A stretch of DNA of 64,000 nt from Chloroflexota bacterium (GTDB taxonomy: Bacteria; Chloroflexota; UBA11872; VXNJ01): positions 1,600,001-1,664,000 of the forward strand of contig OZ253449.1 of assembly GCA_965261345.1 (NCBI GenBank), given 5' to 3'. The first letter of the stretch is position 1. Each line of letters opens with the position of its first letter. A program made the position numbers and the translations under genes. Of this stretch, positions 57,635 through 64,000 are shown one piece after another. The notes under the pieces were generated by a model. The model saw nothing but the letters and a program-made list of their open reading frames with translations. It was not told where the DNA came from and ran no database searches.

Positions 57635-58128
57635 GTGTGGGTGTACTTGCCCTGGTGGAACAAGAGCGACGGCCGGTCGCCGTGCTCTGCGGCGTGTACG
57701 ACCCGGCCGATGAACACGGTGTGGTCGCCGACCTCAAACTGCTGGTGGACCAGGCAGTCCAGGTGGGCGATCGCACCAGAAAGCAGCGGCGATCCCGTCG
57801 GCCCCAGTTCGTATCCGTGGCAGCTGAACTCGTGGATTGACTGGGCCGCCGAATCGGTGCTGGCAAAACCGGTCGAAATCTCCGACTGGTCGTGGGCTAA
57901 TACGCTCACCGAAAAGCGCCCCGCGGACTTGATAAATGGATTGCAGTGCGAGCTGTGGGCAATGCAGACGAGTACCAGCGGCGGGTCAAGACAAACCGAG
58001 GTGAACGAGTTGACGGTCATCCCGTGCAATCGGCCGTTGTCTGAGGTCGCCACGATCGTTACCCCGGTTGGGAAACGGCGCATCACCGATCTAAGGTCGG
58101 TTTCAACTCCCGGGCCTGGTTGGCCCAT
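57631..58128 (-). CDS. Flavin reductase family protein
   Basis: FPTGVTIV, GMTVNSFTSV.LDPPLVLVC, GDH..FIG.V. Confidence 0.92.
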   Translation of the reverse strand: MGQPGPGVETDLRSVMRRFPTGVTIVATSDNGRLHGMTVNSFTSVCLDPPLVLVCIAHSSHCNPFIKSAGRFSVSVLAHDQSEISTGFASTDSAAQSIHEFSCHGYELGPTGSPLLSGAIAHLDCLVHQQFEVGDHTVFIGRVVHAAEHGDRPSLLFHQGKYTHT

Positions 58129-58278
58129 TTCAGCTTCCACCCTGGACCAATCGCCTAGCTTGAACAGCTTTTGGCTGGCACGGCAGGCAGGTTAGCCAAT
58201 TCCGGGCATGATCGCGGAGGTGCTAAGCTCAACTTCCGAGGACAAGAAATCAGCTGCGCGACCCCTTGCGCGCCTGCC

Positions 58279-58518
58279 TCATGGCTGGTTTTTGTCGATG
58301 TATCTGACAGCCTCACCGATCGAGGTGATCCCCTGGGCATCTTCATCTGGAATCGACAAGTCGTAGTGCTCTTCCAACTCCATGATCAATTCGACCAGGT
58401 CGAGCGAGTCGGCGTTGAGATCTCCCTGAAAGGTGGTCTCCATCGAAAGCGAATCCTTGTCGATGTTTGGCAGCGTGTTGGAAACGACTTCAACCACGTC
58501 GTCAAAAGTCGAGGACAT
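58279..58518 (-). CDS. acpP: Acyl carrier protein
   Basis: DLNADSLDLVELIMELEE...IPDEDA..I. Confidence 0.93.
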   Translation of the reverse strand: MSSTFDDVVEVVSNTLPNIDKDSLSMETTFQGDLNADSLDLVELIMELEEHYDLSIPDEDAQGITSIGEAVRYIDKNQP

Positions 58519-58710
58519 ATTCGCAATGGCTCCCTTATCCCTACGGCGGCCATGCCCAATTGTGCGTTCGGCGCCGAGCGGCACAGGCACCCTTGGTGCA
58601 TTAGGCGAGATTCTATTTTGCCCAATTTGCAATCGCCCCGGCCGCCCGGCCAGCAATCTGGCCCGCGGCCGGTTGCCGGCGAAATACCCTGGGAAGCGCT
58701 GCGACGACTT

Positions 58711-59334
58711 TCAGAACGCGGCAATTACTCGCGTCTGCTCGATCCCGACCAGGTTGTAGGCAAGCTCCCGCCGCGGCTGACTGCCCGCTTCGCGGTCAAG
58801 GTCTTGGCGCTGCCCGGCCGAGAGGTAGAGCATGACCTGGCCGGGCGGCCGCAACACCGCCCGGCACAGTTCCAGCGCTTTGGGCGGCCGGGCCAGGGCC
58901 CGGGCGAGGGCGATGTCGAAGCCCGATTCAGGGTCGGCGCCGCGCGGCAGCCTGGCAACGTCTCCTTTAAGCGGAAAAATATTGGAAAGCTCCAATTCTT
59001 CCCTGATCTGTTCTAGGAGCCGGACCCGCCCGGCGCGCTGGTCAAGCAGCGTAAATCCGATGTCGGGCCGGGCGATCGCCAGCGGGATTCCCGGCAGCCC
59101 GGCGCCGGTCCCCACGTCGATGACGTCTCGCGGGAGATCTTGGCCATCGACTGGTGAGAGCAGCGGCAGCGCCGCCAAGCTGTCGCAAAGGTGCAGGTTC
59201 CAGCGGTTTGCGACGGTCGCCCGACCGATATATCCACGGGCCGCCGGGAGGCCGCCCAGCAACCGGTCGAAAGCGAGCAACTGCCTACGTTGCCCCGGTA
59301 AGAGCCCGTCGATTAGTTCGCCTGGATCAATCAT
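58711..59334 (-). CDS. rsmG: 16S rRNA m7G527 methyltransferase (divergent)
   Basis: H..DSL, DVGTGAGLPGIPLAI, ARA. Confidence 0.82.
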   Translation of the reverse strand: MIDPGELIDGLLPGQRRQLLAFDRLLGGLPAARGYIGRATVANRWNLHLCDSLAALPLLSPVDGQDLPRDVIDVGTGAGLPGIPLAIARPDIGFTLLDQRAGRVRLLEQIREELELSNIFPLKGDVARLPRGADPESGFDIALARALARPPKALELCRAVLRPPGQVMLYLSAGQRQDLDREAGSQPRRELAYNLVGIEQTRVIAAF

Positions 59335-59416
59335 CAGCGCGCGGAAGCCTGTTCAAGCAAGCTCGAAAATGTCCAATACATAATCATGAATTCTCTCGCC
59401 CGCTTGGAGACGGACC

Positions 59417-59899
59417 CTGGAGCAGCTTTGGAGTCCCTGGCGTATGCAGTACGTAAAGCGTGAGCGTTCCGACGGCTGCCCCTTCTGCATCGACCCCGAT
59501 CCCGAAATCGAGCTCACCGGGCTGATCGTAGCTAAGGGCGAGACCGTATTTGCGATCCTGAACCGATTCCCTTACAACACCGGGCATGTCCTGATCCTGC
59601 CCTACCGCCACCTGGGTGATTTATCCGACCTGGCCGCGGCCGAGATGAGCGAAATCGGCCAATTCTGCCAGCGGTCGGTGGTCGCGCTCAAGGCCGCCTA
59701 CCGGCCCACCGGGTTCAACCTGGGAGCCAACCTCGGGTCGGCGGCCGGCGCCGGGATCCCCGGGCACCTGCACTACCACGTGGTGCCGCGATTTGCCGGA
59801 GATACCAATTTCATGCCGATCCTGGGGCAGACCAAGGTGCTGCCGGAAGAATTGCCGGCCACGGTCGAAAAATTGCGCGATTGCTGGCCACAGCGCTAA
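59417..59899 (+). CDS. HIT-family hydrolase / Ap4A phosphorylase
   Basis: LWSPWRM.Y, CPFC, LN.FPYN.GH, HLHYHVVPR..GD.NFM. CTG start at 59417 inferred. Confidence 0.9.
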   Translation: MEQLWSPWRMQYVKRERSDGCPFCIDPDPEIELTGLIVAKGETVFAILNRFPYNTGHVLILPYRHLGDLSDLAAAEMSEIGQFCQRSVVALKAAYRPTGFNLGANLGSAAGAGIPGHLHYHVVPRFAGDTNFMPILGQTKVLPEELPATVEKLRDCWPQR

Positions 59900-59934
59900 C
59901 CGCCCTCAAAACCGTTGATACCGAAGGAGCGTGG

Positions 59935-60480
59935 TTAGATCGACAGGTCGGGGTCGGGGATGGTACGGGCCTGGTCGATCGGCCAGTAAATTAGCAGAAC
60001 CTTGCCGACGATCGCCGCCCGCGGCACCGGCCCGAAGCTGCGTGAATCCTGACTGACCGACCGGTTGTCACCTAGTACGAAGTACGAATCGGCGGGAACC
60101 ACCAGGCCCTCCCAGCGGTTAGTTGACCCATCGCCGAGGTAATCGGATTCATCCAGTTTTTCACCGTTGACGAATACCGAATCGTCGCTGAATTGGATTT
60201 TCTCGCCTGGCAACCCGACAATCCGCTTGAGCAGTTCCTCGGTCGGATTTCCGGGTCGGTAAAGCACGATCACGTCGCCCCTTGCGGGTGATCCCAGTCC
60301 GTAGGAAACCTTGCTCACCAGCGCGTACTGGTTGGGTTGGAAATTGGGCTGCATCGATCTTCCTTCGATCGAAAAGGTCTGAATGAACAACCGCGCGGCA
60401 AAGAAAATGAACAGCGCCAGCAGCATCGTTTCGGCAACTTCCAACCAGATCGAGCGCCGATTTGGTGACACTATCGTCAC
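59935..60480 (-). CDS. lepB: Signal peptidase I
   Basis: SM.P, RGDVIV, KRIVGLPGE, YFVLGDNR..S.DSR.FG. Confidence 0.94.
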   Translation of the reverse strand: MTIVSPNRRSIWLEVAETMLLALFIFFAARLFIQTFSIEGRSMQPNFQPNQYALVSKVSYGLGSPARGDVIVLYRPGNPTEELLKRIVGLPGEKIQFSDDSVFVNGEKLDESDYLGDGSTNRWEGLVVPADSYFVLGDNRSVSQDSRSFGPVPRAAIVGKVLLIYWPIDQARTIPDPDLSI

Positions 60481-60549
60481 CGGCCGCTGGCGGTTCGGCG
60501 GGATAATCGGCAGATTGCGGGCACCGTAGCCTGCCAGGAGAATAAATCC

Positions 60550-61080
60550 TTGCTAGACCCAACTCCTGCCGGGCCAAAACCGTCCTGGAGCTGGTATGTC
60601 CCCACTCTGCTGGCCGCGCCGATCATCATCGCGCTTGACCAGGCTAGCAAGTTGTTTGTCACCGAATTGCTTTCCGATCAGCCCGGTGGTGCCAGGTGGG
60701 TGGTCGAACCATACCTCAAGCTGCGGCTGGTCCACAACGACGGAATCGTTTTCGGCATATTCTCCGGGGCATTTTCATCCTGGCTGACGATCCTGATCGT
60801 GCTGGCCGCGTTGGCCGCGGTGATCGTCATTTTTCTGCGTTACCTACGCCGGCCGACCTTGTCCGCCCGGGTGGTGCTCGGGTGCATTATCGGCGGGGCA
60901 ATCGGAAATCTGGTCGACCGCTTCCGGCTCGGGTACGTAATTGACTTTGTCGATTTGGGTTGGTGGCCGGTATTTAACCTGGCCGACTCGACCATCAATA
61001 TCGCGATGGCGGCGCTGGTAATCCTGCTGCTGGTGGGCAAATTGGACCACGATCCGGGGCCGGGCGAGCTGGCGCAGTGA
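60550..61080 (+). CDS. lspA: Lipoprotein signal peptidase II
   Basis: DQ.SK, N.G..FG, GGAIGNL.DR, VIDF, FNLAD. Confidence 0.94.
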   Translation: MLDPTPAGPKPSWSWYVPTLLAAPIIIALDQASKLFVTELLSDQPGGARWVVEPYLKLRLVHNDGIVFGIFSGAFSSWLTILIVLAALAAVIVIFLRYLRRPTLSARVVLGCIIGGAIGNLVDRFRLGYVIDFVDLGWWPVFNLADSTINIAMAALVILLLVGKLDHDPGPGELAQ

Positions 61081-62036
61081 GCGAGCCGGAAGCGGCGATT
61101 GAGTTGATGATCAACATCGCCGACCGCGACCGGGGCCAGCGGTTGGACCGAGTAATAAGCGCCCGATTGGACTCGCTCTCGCGCACCGCCATCCAATCAG
61201 CGCTACGCCAGGGCGCCGGTCGGGTAAACGGCAAGACCGGCCGGCCGGCGCAGCGTCTCCACGACGGCGACCAGGTCGAATTCCGCTTCCAGCCCGAATC
61301 GGTGGCCACGATCGTCCCCGAGCCGATTGAATTTGCCGAGCTAGACCAACGTGAGGACGTGCTGGTGCTAGACAAACCGGCTGGCATCGCGGTCCATCCG
61401 GGGACCGGCAATCGCAGCGGCACGCTGGCCAATGGCCTGCTGCTGCGCTACCCCCAGGTGGCCAACGTCGGGGGGCACGACCGCCCCGGAATCGTCCACC
61501 GCCTAGACAAGGGAACCTCCGGGGTCATGCTGGCCGCCCTGTCGCAGCAAGCCTATCTGTACCTGCAGGCCCAGTTTTCAGCGCGACGAGTTGATAAGCG
61601 CTACCTGGCGATCTGTCGTGGCGTACCCGATCCCGCCGCCGCCGTCATCCAGGCGCCGATCGGGCGCGATCCCGCCCGCCCGACCGCGTTTGCGGTTGCG
61701 ACTGCCCGCGGGCGGGAGGCCACCACCCAATACAAGGTCCTATCCAGCACGGCCGACTGTTCGCTGCTGGAATTGCGGCTGTTTACCGGGCGCACCCACC
61801 AGGCCCGGGTGCACATGGCAGCGATCGGTCACCCGCTGCTGGGCGATCACCTCTACGGCGGCGGAAACCATCCCGACCGCCAGATGCTGCACGCATTTAG
61901 CATTGCGCTGCGCCTGCCGTCAGGGGCCGATCGGGTCTGGCGGGCCCCGCTGCCGGCCGATTTTGCCGAATGTGCAAGTCAATCTGGGCTAAAAGTCGGG
62001 CAACTGGAACTGTTCCCCGAACCGGCCGCGCCTTGA
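61077..62036 (+). CDS. rluD: RluA/RluD-family pseudouridine synthase
   Basis: S4 domain, KPAG..VHP, HRLDKGTSG, TGRTHQ.RVH, QMLHA. Confidence 0.88.
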   Translation: MSEPEAAIELMINIADRDRGQRLDRVISARLDSLSRTAIQSALRQGAGRVNGKTGRPAQRLHDGDQVEFRFQPESVATIVPEPIEFAELDQREDVLVLDKPAGIAVHPGTGNRSGTLANGLLLRYPQVANVGGHDRPGIVHRLDKGTSGVMLAALSQQAYLYLQAQFSARRVDKRYLAICRGVPDPAAAVIQAPIGRDPARPTAFAVATARGREATTQYKVLSSTADCSLLELRLFTGRTHQARVHMAAIGHPLLGDHLYGGGNHPDRQMLHAFSIALRLPSGADRVWRAPLPADFAECASQSGLKVGQLELFPEPAAP

Positions 62037-62141
62037 CAGTATCTGTTTTCCGCGCCGATATCACCGTTCGGGCCAGACTGTGCCTGCGCTGGGCGTCGTC
62101 GCGGCCGTCAAAATCTGGAACCCGATTGGAAAAGATCTGCT

Positions 62142-63308
62142 ATGGAGCCCGATAGCTCAAAGATCAAGATTGAACCGTTCAGGCCACACATCCCCGGGGA
62201 TGTGCTGGCCGATTTGACCGCCCGACTCCGGGCGACCCGTTGGCCCGGCGAGATTGAACACGTCGGTTGGGAGATGGGGTCCGAGCTGGCCTATGTAAAG
62301 GAGCTATGCGGGTACTGGGCCGACCAGTTTGACTGGCCGGCGCAGGAAGCTAGCATCAACCGGTTCCCGCATTTCAAGGCGCGGATCGACGGGCAGAGCA
62401 TCCATTTCATCCATGCCCGCGGAACCGGCCGAAACCCGATCCCGTTGGTGATTACGCACGGGTGGCCCAGCACGTTTGCCGAAATGCTCAAGCTAATCCC
62501 TCTGCTAACCGATCCGGGCAAGCACGGCGCCGACCGCAACGATGCCTTTGATGTGGTGGTCCCGTCGCTGCCCGGCTACGGGTTCTCGGGTCAGCCGCGG
62601 GCGCGTGGGATGAATCCGGTCGCGGTCGCCGGCATCTGGCACCGGCTCATGACCGAGGGGCTCGGCTACCGGCGCTTTTCGGCCCAGGGCGGTGACTGGG
62701 GCGCGGCGGTAACCACGGCGCTGGGGCACGCCTATCCCGCCGACGTTAGTGGAATCCATGTGACCATGTTCGGTGCGGAGTCAACTCCGATCGAACCGGA
62801 TCGATTGAGCGCGGCCGAACTCGACTACCTGGCCCAGCGCCAATGGTGGCGGGCGGCCGAGGGGGCCTACGGGCACCAACACGCCACCAAGCCGCAATCG
62901 CTTGCCTACGGCCTAAACGATTCACCGGCCGGGCTGGCCGGCTGGATCGTGGAGAAGTGGCGGTCCTGGAGCGATTGCGGCGGCGACCTGGAGTCGCGTT
63001 TTGGCAAGGACGAACTGCTCACCCACCTCACCATCTACTGGGCTACCGCAACGATCGCCTCCTCGATCCGGCTGTACTTTGAGCGCAACCGGGCGCCGCT
63101 GGTGCTCTCCGAGCAGGAAAGGGTCCAGGTCCCAACTGCATTCGCCCGCTTTCCGGTCGAGATCAGCTATCCGCCGAAGGAGTGGCTCGAGCGCTTCTTC
63201 AATCTGGTCCGCTACACCGAAATGGAAACCGGTGGCCATTTCGCCGCAGCCGAAGAACCAGAGCTGCTAGCTGCCGACATTCGCGCCGCTTTCAGGTTCC
63301 TAAGGTGA
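62142..63308 (+). CDS. Epoxide hydrolase (EHN + alpha/beta hydrolase)
   Basis: HGWP, PSLPGYGFS, QGGDWG, GLNDSPAGL..WI.EK, GGHFAA.E.P. Confidence 0.93.
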   Translation: MEPDSSKIKIEPFRPHIPGDVLADLTARLRATRWPGEIEHVGWEMGSELAYVKELCGYWADQFDWPAQEASINRFPHFKARIDGQSIHFIHARGTGRNPIPLVITHGWPSTFAEMLKLIPLLTDPGKHGADRNDAFDVVVPSLPGYGFSGQPRARGMNPVAVAGIWHRLMTEGLGYRRFSAQGGDWGAAVTTALGHAYPADVSGIHVTMFGAESTPIEPDRLSAAELDYLAQRQWWRAAEGAYGHQHATKPQSLAYGLNDSPAGLAGWIVEKWRSWSDCGGDLESRFGKDELLTHLTIYWATATIASSIRLYFERNRAPLVLSEQERVQVPTAFARFPVEISYPPKEWLERFFNLVRYTEMETGGHFAAAEEPELLAADIRAAFRFLR

Positions 63309-63520
63309 GCTGCGCCTGGCTGACCGTCGGCGCTCTGAAATTTCCACGACAACCTGAACCGACCCGGTCAAATTTCCCAGGTGTTACCCGCGAGTGCCCG
63401 CTGGTATGGCAGCGCAAATTGAAAGCGTGACCCAACCGACAACAACCGCCTGACCCTAATAGGGCCCAACCTTGGCCAGGCCGATCCAATACCCGGCGCG
63501 CAGGCCGTCCGACTCGCGAT

Positions 63521-63709
63521 CTAGCGGGGCAATCGAGGGTGGAGTAAAAACTGGTCCAATTCCTCAGCATAGCGCAACTTAACCCCCAGCGAATAACAGG
63601 TGATGGCAAGTAGCAGCACCACCAGGTTGGGGATAAAAAAGATGCCGGCAAAGGCGATGGAACCAGTCACCAGCAGCACCCCACCGAGAGATTTTTTGTC
63701 GGTAGGCAT
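63521..63709 (-). CDS. Small hypothetical membrane protein
   Basis: 62 aa with two hydrophobic segments, downstream of tatC; no recognised family. Confidence 0.4.
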   Translation of the reverse strand: MPTDKKSLGGVLLVTGSIAFAGIFFIPNLVVLLLAITCYSLGVKLRYAEELDQFLLHPRLPR

Positions 63710-63836
63710 TAAATTTCCCAGCAGCGGTACGCGCTTTGGACAATGCTAGCCCGCTGTGGCCGGGGCCAGCCGGAATGGGTGGTTGAAGTGGCTATTGGCC
63801 ACCCGGTGAGCCTCAACGATTCGGCCCGCAACTGCC

Positions 63837-64000
63837 CTAGCTGCGTGGAGCTGCTGACTCTGAGCTGGGAGCGTCCACGCGCGGTTGGGCAAATCCGGCC
63901 AACAGCACGCCAAGTTCATAGAGCAGGTACATCGGGATCGCCACCGCCATCTGGGTGAACGGGTCCGGGGTCGGCGTGATCACCGCCGCCACGATTACGA
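63837..64000 (-). CDS. tatC: Twin-arginine translocase subunit C, C-terminal part (partial)
   Basis: Hand translation: VAAVITPTPDPFTQMAVAIPMYLLYELGVLL...*. Confidence 0.9.
   Translation of the reverse strand, partial: VIVAAVITPTPDPFTQMAVAIPMYLLYELGVLLAGFAQPRVDAPSSESAAPRS

Overview
A GC-rich bacterial chromosome segment, most likely from Chloroflexota. The evidence is rpmE-DUF1385-prfA-prmC with an NLPY PrmC motif, greA-lysS synteny, and a Chloroflexota-type GG..WGYP.SE..QFFQR surface domain. LRR/Calx-beta and GOLPH3-like proteins hint at a host- or sponge-associated lifestyle, but that is inference. The backbone is housekeeping: tRNA-Gln, ybeY, ispE, glmU, rpsU, rpmE, prfA, prmC, guaB, lysS, serS, fabF/accB/bioY, acpP/fabH, rsmG, lepB, lspA, rluD and partial tatC. 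It also carries an 11-gene complex I operon (nuoA,C,D,G,H,I,J,K,L,M,N) that lacks nuoB, nuoE and nuoF and sits divergent from a hydantoinase-A/MidA(NDUFAF7) pair. Accessory regions are (1) a nested IS stack at 1-2860 with an ISNCY-type rve element, an IS110 remnant, an IS3/IS407 element and a dead HigBA; (2) an islet at about 36.8-41.5 kb with a TGGACA repeat array, a Fic gene, a second ISNCY-type copy and a DUF5678-like + retropepsin pair; (3) an IS1182 element inserted at the stop codon of a GPP34/GOLPH3-like gene. The most notable signals are three dispersed paralogous, very acidic secreted proteins built from a duplicated [Cys cap - degenerate LRR - Calx-beta-like] module, an IS110 end joined at a CT core inside another IS's end repeat, IS copies with near-identical cores but different outer termini, a GreA with a non-canonical acidic tip, and a candidate ~90-nt structured RNA upstream of rpmE. 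All family assignments come from motif recognition by eye; no searches were run.
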